A stretch of DNA of 64,000 nt from Eledone cirrhosa (Eukaryota), in the NCBI GenBank assembly GCA_964016885.1, contig OZ024756.1:1860001-1924000 (forward strand). Reading direction: 5' to 3'. The notes beneath the pieces were generated by a model. That model was given only the letters and a program-made list of their open reading frames with translations. It searched no databases and was not told the DNA's origin. Position 1 is the stretch's first letter. Every line of letters begins with the position of its first letter. The position numbers were made by a program, and so were the translations under genes. Shown piece after piece: positions 11,701 through 23,649 of the stretch.

Positions 11701-14700
11701 GTGATCAGGTCCTCTGTCTTGCTGTCTTCAGTTCATCTATGAAGTGTGAAGTGTCAGTGATCAGCTCCTCTGTCTTGCTGTCTTCAGTACATCTATGAAG
11801 TGTGCAGTGTCAGGGATCTGGTCCTCTGCCTTGCTGTCTTCAGTACATCTATGAAGTGTGCAGTGTCAGTGATCTCGTCCTCTGTCTTGCTGTCTTCAGT
11901 ATATCTGTGAAGTTTGTAGTGTCAGTGATCAGGTCCTCTGTCTTGCTGTCTTCAGTACATCTATGTAGTGTGCATTGTCAGTGATCAGGTCCTCTGTCTT
12001 CCTGTCTTCAGTACATCTGTGAAGTGTGCAGTGTCAGTGATCAGGTCCTCTGTCCTGCTGTCTTAAGTACATCTATGTAGTGTGCAGTGTCAGTGATCAG
12101 GTCCTCTGTCTTGCTGTCTTCAGTACATCTATGTAGTGTGCAGTGTCAGTGATCTGGTCCTCTGTCTTGCTGTCTTCAGTACATCTGTGAAGTGTGTAGT
12201 GTCAGTGATCAGGTCCTCTGTCTTGCTGTCTTCAGTACATCTATGAAGTGTGCAGTGTCAGTGATCTGGTCCTCTGTCTTGCTGTCTTCAGTACTTCTAT
12301 GAAGTGTGCAGTGTCAGTGATCTGGTCCTCTGTCTTGCTGTCTTCAGTACATCTATGAAGTGTGCAGTGTCAGTGATCTGGTCCTCTGTCCTGCTGTCTT
12401 CAGTACATCTATGAAGTGTGCAGTGTCAGTGATCTGGTCCTCTGTCTTGCTGTCTTCAGTACATCTATGAAGTGTGCAGTGTCAGTGATCTGGTCCTCTG
12501 TCTTGCTGTCTTCAGTTCATCTATGAAGTGTGCAGTGTCAGTGATCAGATCCTCTGTCTTGCTGTCTTCAGTTCATCTATGAATTGTGCAGTGTCAGTGA
12601 TCTGGTCCTCTGTCTTGCTGTCTTCAGTACATCTATGAAGTGTGCAGTGTCAGTGATCTGGTCCTCTGTCTTGCTGTCTTCAGTACATCTATGAAGTGTG
12701 TAGTGTCATTGATCTGGTCCTCTGTCTTGCTGTCTTCAGTACATCTATGAAGTGTGCAGTGTCAGTGATCTGGTCCTCTGTCTTGCTGTCTTCAGTACAT
12801 CTATGAAATGTGCAGTGTCAGTGATCTGGTCCTCTGTCTTGCTGTCTTCAGTTCATCTATGTAGTGTGCAGTGTCAGTGATCTGGTCCTCTGTCTTTCTG
12901 TCTTCAGTACATCTATGAAGTGTGCAGTGTCAGTGATCTGGTCCTCTCTCTTGCTGTCTTCAGTTCATCTATGTAGTGTGCAGTGTCAGTGATCTGGTCC
13001 TCTGTCTTGCTGTCTTCAGTACATCTATGAAGTGTGCAGTGTCAGTGATCTGGTCCTCTGTCTTGCTGTCTTCAGTTCATCTATGTAGTGTGCAGTGTCA
13101 GTGATCTGGTCCTCTGTCTTGCTGTCTTCAGTACATCTATGAAGTGTGCAGTGTCAGTGATCTGGTCCTCTGTCTTGCTGTCTTCAGTTCATCTATGTAG
13201 TGTGCAGTGTCAGTGATCTGGTCCTCTGTCTTGCTGTCTTCTGTTCATTTATGTAGTGTGCAGTGTCAGTGATCTGGTCCTCTGTCTTTCTGTCTTCAGT
13301 ACATCTATGAAGTGTGCAGTGTTAGTGATCTGGTCCTCTGTCTTGCTGTCTTCAGTACATCTATGAAGTGTGCAGTGTCAGTGATCTCGTCCTCTGTCTT
13401 GCTGTCTTCAGTTCATCTATGAAGTGTGCAGTGTCAGTGATCTGGTCCTCTGTCTTGCTGTCTTCAGTTCATCTATGTAGTGTGCAGTGTCAGTGATCTG
13501 GTCCTCTGTCTTTCTGTCTTCAGTACACCTATGAAGTGTGCAGTGTCAGTGATCTGGTCCTCTCTCTTGCTGTCTTCAGTTCATCTATTTAGTGTGCAGC
13601 GTCAGTGATCTGGTCCTCTGTCTTGCTGTCTTCAGTACATCTATGAAGTGTGCAGTGTCAGTGATCTGGTCCTCTGTCTTGCTGTCTTCAGTTCATCTAT
13701 GTAGTGTGCAGTGTCAGTGATCTGGTCCTCTGTCTTGCTGTCTTCAGTACATCTATGAAGTGTGCAGTGTCAGTGATCTGGTCCTCTGTCTTGCTGTCTT
13801 CATTTCCTCTATGTAGTGTGCAGTGTCAGTGATCTGGTCCTCTGTCTTGCTGTCTTCAGTACATCTATGAAGTGTGCAGTGTCAGTGATCTGGTCCTCCG
13901 TCTTGCTGTCTTCAGTACATCTATGAAGTGTGCAGTGTCAGTGATCTGGTCCTCTGTCTTGCTGTCTTCAGTACATCTATGAAGTGTGCAGTGTCAGGGA
14001 TCTGGTCCTCTGTCTTGCTGTCTTCAGTTCATCTATGAAGTGTGCAGTGTCAGTGATCTCGTCCTCTGTCTTGCTGTCTTCAGTACATCTATGAAGTGTG
14101 CAGTGTCAGTGATCTGGTCCTCTGTCTTGCTGTCTTCAGTACATCTGTGAAGTTTGTAGTGTCAGTGATCAGGTCCTCTGTCTTGCTGTCTTCAGTACAT
14201 CTATGTAGTGTGCAGTGTCAGTGATCAGGTCCTCTGTCTTCCTGTCTTCAGTACATCTGTGAAGTGTGTAGTGTCAGTGATCAGGTCCTCTGTCTTGCTG
14301 TCTTAAGTACATCTATGTAGTGTGCAGTGTCAGTGATCAGGTCCTCTGTCTTGCTGTCTTAAGTACATCTATGTAGTGTGCAGTGTCAGTGATCAGGTCC
14401 TCTGTCTTGCTGTCTTCAGTACATCTATGTAGTGTGCAGTGTCAGTGATCTGGTCCTCTGTCTTGCTGTCTTCAGTACATCTATGCAGTGTGCAGTGTCA
14501 GTGATCTGGTCCTCTGTCTTGCTGTCTTCAGTTCATCTATGAAGTGTGCAGTGTCAGTGATCAGGTCCTCTGTCTTGCTGTCTTCAGTTCATCTATGAAG
14601 TGTGAAGTGTCAGTGATCAGCTCCTCTGTCTTGCTGTCTTCAGTACATCTATGAAGTGTGCAGTGTCAGTGATCTGGTCCTCTGTCTTGCTGTCCTCAGT

Positions 14701-17700
14701 TCATCTATGAAGTGTGCAGTGTCAGTGATCAGGTCCTCTGTCTTGCTGTCTTCAGTATATCAATGAAGTGTGCAGTGTCAGTGATCTGGTCCTCCGTCTT
14801 GCTGTCTTCAGTACATCTATGAAGTGTGGAGTGTCAGTGATCTGGTCCTCTGTCTTGCTGTCTTCAGTACATCTATGAAGTGTGCAGTGTCAGTGATCTG
14901 GTCCTCTGTCCTGCTGTCTTCAGTTCATCTATGAAATGTGAAGTGTCAGGGATCTGGTCCTCTGTCTTGCTGTCTTCATTTCCTCTATGTAGTGTGCAGT
15001 GTCAGTGATCTTGTCCTCTGTCTTGCTGTCTTCAGTACATCTATGAAGTGTGCAGTGTCAGTGATCTAGTCCTCCGTCTTGCTGTCTTCAGTACATCTAT
15101 GAAGTGTGCAGTGTCAGTGATCTGGTCCTCTGTCTTGCTGTCTTCAGTACATCTATGAAGTGTGCAGTGTCAGTGATCTGGTCCTCTGTCTTGCTGTCTT
15201 CAGTTCATCTATGAAGTGTGCAGTGTCAGTGATCTGGTCCTCTGTCTTGCTGTCTTCAGTACATCTGTGAAGTTTGTAGTGTCAGTGATCAGGTCCTCTG
15301 TCTTGCTGTCTTCAGTATATCTATGTAGTGTGCAGTGTCAGTGATCAGGTCCACTGTCTTCCTGTCTTCAGTACATCTGTGAAGTGTGTAGTGTCAATGA
15401 TCAGGTCCTCTGTCTTGCTGTCTTCAGTACATCTATGTAGTGTGCAGTGTCAGTGATCTGGTCCTCTGTCTTGCTGTCTTCAGTACATCTATGAAGTGTG
15501 CAGTGTCAGGGATCTGGTCCGCTGTCTTGCTGTCTTCAGTTCATCTATGAAGTATGCAGTATCAGTGATCTGGTCCTCTGTCTTGCTGTCTTCAGTACAT
15601 CTATGAAGTGTGCAGTGTCAGTGATCTGGTCCTCTGTCTTGCTGTCTTCAGTTCATCTATGAAGTGTGCAGTGTCAGTGATCAGGTCCTCTGTCTTGCTG
15701 TCTTCAGTTCATCTATGAAGTGTGAAGTGTCAGTGATCAGCTCCTCTGTCTTGCTGTCTTCAGTACATCTATGAAGTGTGCAGTGTCAGGGATCTGGTCC
15801 TCTGCCTTGCTGTCTTCAGTACATCTATGAAGTGTGCAGTGTCAGTGATCTCGTCCTCTGTCTTGCTGTCTTCAGTACATCTGTGAAGTTTGTAGTGTCA
15901 GTGATCAGGTCCTCTGTCTTGCTGTCTTCAGTACATCTATGTAGTGTGCATTGTCAGTGATCAGGTCCTCTGTCTTCCTGTCTTCAGTACATCTATGAAG
16001 TGTGCAGTGTCAGTGATCAGGTCCTCTGTCCTGCTGTCTTAAGTACATCTATGTAGTGTGCAGTGTCAGTGATCAGGTCCTCTGTCTTGCTGTCTTCAGT
16101 ACATCTATGTAGTGTGCAGTGTCAGTGATCTGGTCCTCTGTCTTGCTGTCTTCAGTACATCTGTGAAGTGTGTAGTGTCAGTGATCAGGTCCTCTGTCTT
16201 GCTGTCTTCAGTACATCTATGAAGTGTGCAGTGTCAGTGATCTGGTCCTCTGTCTTGCTGTCTTCAGTACTTCTATGAAGTGTGCAGCGTTAGTGATCTG
16301 GTCCTCTGTCTTGCTGTCTTCAGTACATCTATGAAGTGTGCAGTGTCAGTGATCTGGTCCTCTGTCCTGCTGTCTTCAGTACATCTATGAAGTGTGCAGT
16401 GTCAGTGATCTGGTCCTCTGTCTTGCTGTCTTCAGTACATCTATGAAGTGTGCAGTGTCAGTGATCTGGTCCTCTGTCTTGCTGTCTTCAGTTCATCTAT
16501 GAAGTGTGCAGTGTCAGTGATCAGATACTCTGTCTTGCTGTCTTCAGTTCATCTATGAATTGTGCAGTGTCAGTGATCTGGTCCTCTGTCTTGCTGTCTT
16601 CAGTACATCTATGAAGTGTGCAGTGTCAGTGATCTGGTCCTCTGTCTTGCTGTCTTCAGTACATCTATGAAGTGTGTAGTGTCATTGATCTGGTCCTCTG
16701 TCTTGCTGTCTTCAGTACATCTATGAAGTGTGCAGTGTCAGTGATCTGGTCCTCTGTCTTGCTGTCTTCAGTACATCTATGAAGTGTGCAGTGTCAGTGA
16801 TCTGGTCCTCTGTCTTGCTGTCTTCAGTTCATCTATGTAGTGTGCAGTGTCAGTGATCTGGTCCTCTGTCTTTCTGTCTTCAGTACATCTATGAAGTGTG
16901 CAGTGTCAGTGATCTGGTCCTCTCTCTTGCTGTCTTCAGTTCATCTATGTAGTGTGCAGTGTCAGTGATCTGGTCCTCTGTCTTGCTGTCTTCAGTACAT
17001 CTATGAAGTGTGCAGTGTCAGTGATCTGGTCCTCTGTCTTGCTGTCTTCAGTTCATCTATGTAGTGTGCAGTGTCAGTGATCTGGTCCTCTGTCTTGCTG
17101 TCTTCAGTACATCTATGAAGTGTGCAGTGTCAGTGATCTGGTCCTCTGTCTTGCTGTCTTCAGTTCATCTATGTAGTGTGCAGTGTCAGTGATCTGGTCC
17201 TCTGTCTTGCTGTCTTCTGTTCATTTATGTAGTGTGCAGTGTCAGTGATCTGGTCCTCTGTCTTTCTGTCTTCAGTACATCTATGAAGTGTGCAGTGTTA
17301 GTGATCTGGTCCTCTGTCTTGCTGTCTTCAGTACATCTATGAAGTGTGCAGTATCAGTGATCTCGTCCTCTGTCTTGCTGTCTTCAGTTCATCTATGAAG
17401 TGTGCAGTGTCAGTGATCTGGTCCTCTGTCTTGCTGTCTTCAGTTCATCTATGTAGTGTGCAGTGTCAGTGATCTGGTCCTCTGTCTTTCTGTCTTCAGT
17501 ACACCTATGAAGTGTGCAGTGTCAGTGATCTGGTCCTCTCTCTTGCTGTCTTCAGTTCATCTATTTAGTGTGCAGCGTCAGTGATCTGGTCCTCTGTCTT
17601 GCTGTCTTCAGTACATCTATGAAGTGTGCAGTGTCAGTGATCTGGTCCTCTGTCTTGCTGTCTTCAGTTCATCTATGTAGTGTGCAGTGTCAGTGATCTG

Positions 17701-20000
17701 GTCCTCTGTCTTGCTGTCTTCAGTACATCTATGAAGTGTGCAGTGTCAGTGATCTGGTCCTCTGTCTTGCTGTCTTCATTTCCTCTATGTAGTGTGCAGT
17801 GTCAGTGATCTGGTCCTCTGTCTTGCTGTCTTCAGTACATTTATGAAGTGTGCAGTGTCAGTGATCTGGTCCTCCGTCTTGCTGTCTTCAGTACATCTAT
17901 GAAGTGTGCAGTGTCAGTGATCTGGTCCTCTGTCTTGCTGTCTTCAGTACATCTATGAAGTGTGCAGTGTCAGGGATCTGGTCCTCTGTCTTGCTGTCTT
18001 CAGTTCATCTATGAAGTGTGCAGTGTCAGTGATCTGGTGCTCTGTCTTGCTGTCTTCAGTACATCTGTGAAGTTTGTAGTGTCAGTGATCAGGTCCTCTG
18101 TCTTGCTGTCTTCAGTACATCTATGTAGTGTGCAGTGTCAGTGATCAGGTCCTCTGACTTCCTGTCTTCAGTACATCTGTGAAGTGTGTAGTGTCAGTGA
18201 TCAGGTCCTCTGTCTTGCTGTCTTAAGTACATCTATGTAGTGTGCAGTGTCAGTGATCAGGTCCTCTGTCTTGCTGTCTTAAGTACATCTATGTAGTGTG
18301 CAGTGTCAGTGATCAGGTCCTCTGTCTTGCTGTCTTCAGTACATCTATGTAGTGTGCAGTGTCAGTGATCTGGTCCTCTGTCTTGCTGTCTTCAGTACAT
18401 CTATGCAGTGTGCAGTGTCAGTGATCTGGTCCTCTGTCTGGCTGTCTTCAGTTCATCTATGAAGTGTGCAGTGTCAGTGATCAGGTCCTCTGTCTTGCTG
18501 TCTTCAGTTCATCTATGAAGTGTGAAGTGTCAGTGATCAGCTCCTCTGTCTTGCTGTCTTCAGTACATCTATGAAGTGTGCAGTGTCAGGGATCTGGTCC
18601 TCTGTCTTGCTGTCTTCAGTACATCTATGAAGTGTGCAGTGTCAGTGATCTGGTCCTCTGTCTTGCTGTCTTCAGTACATCTATGAAGTGTGCAGTGTCA
18701 GTGATCTGGTCCTCTGTCTTGCTGTCCTCAGTTCATCTATGAAGTGTGCAGTGTCAGTGATCATGTCCTCTGTCTTGCTGTCTTCAGTATATCAATGAAG
18801 TGTGCAGTGTCAGTGATCTGGTCCTCCGTCTTGCTGTCTTCAGTACATCTATGAAGTGTGGAGTGTCAGTGATCTGGTCCTCTGTCTTGCTGTCTTCAGT
18901 ACATCTATGAAGTGTGCAGTGTCAGTGATCTGGTCCTCTGTCCTGCTGTCTTCAGTTCATCTATGAAATGTGAAGTGTCAGGGATCTGGTCCTCTGCCTT
19001 GCTGTCTTCATTTCCTCTATGTAGTGTGCAGTGTCAGTGATCTGGTCCTCTGTCTTGCTGTCTTCAGTACATCTATGAAGTGTGCAGTGTCAGTGATCTG
19101 GTCCTCCGTCTTGCTGTCTTCAGTACATCTATGAAGTGTGCAGTGTCAGTGATCTGGTCCTCTGTCTTGCTGTCTTCAGTACATCTATGAAGTGTGCAGT
19201 GTCAGTGATCTGGTCCTCTGTCTTGCTGTGTTCAGTTCATCTATGAAGTGTGCAGTGTCAGTGATCTGGTCCTCTGTCTTGCTGTCTTCAGTACATCTGT
19301 GAAGTGTGCAGTGTCAGTGATCTGGTCCTCTGTCTTGCTGTCTTCAGTTCATCTATGAAGTGTGCAGTGTCAGTGATCAGGTCCTCTGTCTTGCTGTCTT
19401 AAGTACATCTATGTAGTGTGCAGTGTCAGTGATCATGTCCTCTGTCTTACTGTCTTCAGTACATCTATGTAGTGTGCAGTGTCAGTGATCTGGTCCTCTG
19501 TCTTGCTGTCTTCAGTACATCTATGAAGTGTACAGTGTCAGGGATCTGGTCCGCTGTCTTGCTGTCTTCAGTTCATCTATGAAGTATGCAGTATCAGTGA
19601 TCTGGTCCTCTGTCTTGCTGTCTTCAGTACATCTATGAAGTGTGCAGTGTCAGTGATCTGGTCCTCTGTCTTGCTGTCTTCAGTTCATCTATGAAGTGTG
19701 CAGTGTCAGTGATCAGGTCCTCTGTCTTGCTGTCTTCAGTTCATCTATGAAGTGTGAAGTGTCAGTGATCAGCTCCTCTGTCTTGCTGTCTTCAGTACAT
19801 CTATGAAGTGTGCAGTGTCAGGGATCTGGTCCTCTGTCTTGCTGTCTTCAGTACATCTATGAAGTGTGCAGTGTCAGTGATCTCGTCCTCTGTCTTGCTG
19901 TCTTCAGTACATCTGTGAAGTTTGTAGTGTCAGTGATCAGGTCCTCTGTCTTGCTGTCTTCAGTACATTTATGTAGTGTGCAGTGTCAGTGATCAGGTCC
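8300..20000. repeat. Higher-order repeat of about 67-72 monomers, about 3 copies
   Basis: GTACACCT occurs at 9771/13523/17499 (offsets 3752=67x56 and 3976=71x56). The GG of GTGTGGAG occurs at 11076/14828/18860 (offsets 3752 and 4032=72x56). ORF-track twins 11802 and 15778 differ by 3976. Boundaries are approximate. Confidence 0.88.
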
Positions 20001-23000
20001 TCTGTCTTCCTGTCTTCAGTACATCTGTGAAGTGTGTAGTGTCAGTGATCTGGTCCTCTGTTTTGCTGTCTTCAGTACATCTATGAAGTGTGCAGTGTCA
20101 GGGATCTGGTCCGCTGTCTTGCTGTCTTCAGTTCATCTATGAAGTATGCAGTATCAGTGATCTGGTCCTCTGTCTTGCTGTCTTCAGTACATCTATGCAG
20201 TGTGCAGTGTCAGTGATCTGGTCCTCTGTCTTGCTGTCTTCAGTTCATCTATGAAGTGTGCAGTGTCAGTGATCAGGTCCTCTGTCTTGCTGTCTTCAGT
20301 TCATCTATGAAGTGTGAAGTGTCAGTGATCAGCTCCTCTGTCTTGCTGTCTTCAGTACATATATGAAGTGTGCAGTGTCAGGGATCTGGTCCTCTGTCTT
20401 GCTGTCTTCAGTACATCTATGAAGTGTGCAGTGTCAGTGATCTGGTCCTCTGTCTTGCTGTCTTCAGTAAATCTATGAAGTGTGCAGTGTCAGTGATCTG
20501 GTCCTCTGTCTTGCTGTCCTCAGTTCATCTATGAAGTGTGCAGTGTCAGTGATCAGGTCCTCTGTCTTGCTGTCTTCAGTATATCAATGAAGTGTGCAGT
20601 GTCAGTGATCTGGTCCTCTGTCTTTCTGTCTTCAGTACATCTATGAAGTGTGCAGTGTCAGTGATCTGGTCCTCTGTCTTGCTGTCTTCAGTACATCTAT
20701 GAAGTGTGCAGTGTCAGTGATCTGGTCCTCTGTCTTGCTGTCTTCAGTTCATCTATGAAATGTGAAGTGTCAGGGATCTGGTCCTCTGTCTTGCTGTCTT
20801 CATTTCCTCTATGTAGTGTGCAGTGTCAGTGATCTGGTCCTCTGTCTTGCTGTCTTCAGTACATCTATGAAGTGTGCAGTGTCAGTGATCTGGTCCTCCG
20901 TCTTGCTGTCTTCAGTACATCTATGAAGTGTGCAGTGTCAGTGATCTGGTCCTCTGTCTTGCTGTCTTCAGTTCATCTATGAAGTGTGCAGTGTCAGTGA
21001 TCTGGTCCTCTGTCTTGCTGTCTTCAGTACATCTGTAAAGTTTGTAGTGTCAGTGATCAGGTCCTCTGTCTTGCTGTCTTCAGTACATCTATGTAGTGTG
21101 CAGTGTCAGTGATCAGGTCCTCTGTCTTCCTGTCTTCAGTACATCTGTGAAGTGTGTATTGTCAGTGATGAGGTCCTCTGTCTTGCTGTCTTAAGTACAT
21201 CTATGAAGTGTGCAGTGTCAGTGATCTGGTCCTCTGTCTTGCTGTCTTCAGTACATCTGTGAACTTTGTAGTGTCAGTGATCAGATCCTCTGTCTTGCTG
21301 TCTTCAGTACATCTATGTAGTGTGCAGTGTCAGTGATCTGGTCCTCTGTCTTGCTGTCTTCAGTACATCTATGAAGTGTGCAGTGTCAGTGATCTGGTCC
21401 TCTGTCTTGCTGTCTTCAGTTCATCTATGAAGTGTGCAGTGTCAGTGATCTGGTCCTCTGTCTTGCTGTCTTCAGTACATCTGTGAAGTTTGTAGTGTCA
21501 GTAATCAGGTCCTCTGTCTTGCTGTCTTCAGTACATCTATGTAGTGTGCAGTGTCAGTGATCAGGTCCTCTGTCTTCCTGTCTTCAGTACATCTGTGAAG
21601 TGTGCAGTGTCAGTGATCAGGTCCTCTGTCTTGCCGTCTTAAGTACATCTATGTAGTGTGCAATGTCAGTGATCAGGTCCTCTGTCTTGCTGTCTTCAGT
21701 ACATCTATGTAGTGTGCAGTGTCAGTGATCTGGTCCTCTGTCTTGCTGTCTTCAGTACATCTGTGAAGTGTGTAGTGTCAGTGATCAGGTCCTCTGTCTT
21801 GCTGTCTTCAGTACATCTATGAAGTGTGCAGTGTCAGTGATCTGGTCCTCTGTCTTGCTGTCTTCAGTACTTCTATGAAGTGTGCAGTGTCAGTGATCTG
21901 GTCCTCTGTCTTGCTGTCTTCAGTACATCTATGAAGTGTGTAGTGTCATTGATCTGGTCCTCTGTCTTGCTGTCTTCAGTACATCTATGAAGTGTGCAGT
22001 GTCAGTGATCTGGTCCTCTGTCTTGCTGTCTTCAGTTCATCTATGAAGTGTGTAGTGTCATTGATCTGGTCCTCTGTCTTGCTGTCTTCAGTTCATCTAT
22101 GAAGTGTGCAGTGTCAGTGATCTGATCCTCTGTCTTGCTGTCTTCAGTACATCTATGAAGTGTGTAGTGTCATTGATCTGGTCCTCTGTCTTGCTGTCTT
22201 CAGTACATCTATGAAGTGTGCAGTGTCAGTGATCTGGTCTTCTGTCTTGCTGTCTTCAGTTCAACTATGTATTGTGCAGTGTCAGTGATCTGGTCCTCTG
22301 TCTTTCTGTCTTCAGTACATCTATGAAGTGTGCAGTGTCAGTGATCTGGTACTCTGTCTTGCTGTCTTCAGTACATCTATGAAGTGTGCAGTGTCAGTGA
22401 TCTCGTCCTCTGTCTTGCTGTCTTCAGTTCATCTATGAAGTGTGCAGTGTCAGTGATCTGGTCCTCTGTCTTGCTGTCTTCAGTTCATCTATGTAGTGTG
22501 CAGTGTCAGTGATCTGGTCCTCTGTCTTTCTGTCTTCAGTACATCTATGAAGTGTGCAGTGTCAGTGATCTGGTCCTCTCTCTTGCTGTCTTCAGTTCAT
22601 CTATTTAGTGTGCAGCGTCAGTGATCTGGTCCTCTGTCTTGCTGTCTTCAGTACATCTATGAAGTGTGCAGTGTCAGTGATCTGGTCCTCCGTCTTGCTG
22701 TCTTCAGTACATCTATGAAGTGTGCAGTGTCAGTGATCTGGTCCTCTGTCTTGCTGTCTTCAGTACATCTATGAAGTGTGCAGTGTCAGGGATCTGGTCC
22801 TCTGTCTTGCTGTCTTCAGTTCATCTATGAAGTGTGCAGTGTCAGTGATCTGGTCCTCTGTCTTGCTGTCTTCAGTACATCTATGAAGTGTGCAGTGTCA
22901 GTGATCTGGTCCTCTGTCTTGCTGTCTTCAGTACATCTGTGAAGTTTGTAGTGTCACTGATCAGGTCCTCTGTCTTGCTGTCTTCAGTACATCTATGTAG

Positions 23001-23649
23001 TGTGCAGTGTCAGTGATCAGGTCCTCTGTCTTCCTGTCTTCAGTACATCTGTGAAGTGTGTAGTGTCAGTGATCAGGTCCTCTGTCTTGCTGTCTTAAGT
23101 ACATCTATGTAGTGTGCAGTGTCAGTGATCAGGTCCTCTGTCTTGCTGTCTTCAGTACATCTATGAAGTGTGCAGTGTCAGTGATCTGGTCCTCTGTCTT
23201 GCTGTCTTCAGTACATCTATGAAGTGTGCAGTGTCAGTGATCTGGTCCTCTGTCTTGCTGTCTTCAGTACATCTGTGAACTTTGTAGTGTCAGTGATCAG
23301 ATCCTCTGTCTTGCTGTCTTCAGTACATCTATGTAGTGTGCAGTGTCAGTGATCTGGTCCTCTGTCTTGCTGTCTTCAGTACATCTATGTAGTGTGCAGT
23401 GTCAGTGATCAGGTCCTCTGTCTTCCTGTCTTCAGTACATCTGTGAAGTGTGCAGTGTCAGTGATCAGGTCCTCTGTCTTGCCGTCTTAAGTACATCTAT
23501 GTAGTGTGCAGTGTCAGTGATCAGGTCCTCTGTCTTCCTGTCTTCAGTACATCTGTGAAGTGTGCAGTGTCAGTGATCAGGTCCTCTGTCTTGCTGTCTT
23601 AAGTACATCTATGTAGTGTGCAGTGTCAGTGATCAGGTCCTCTGTCTTG

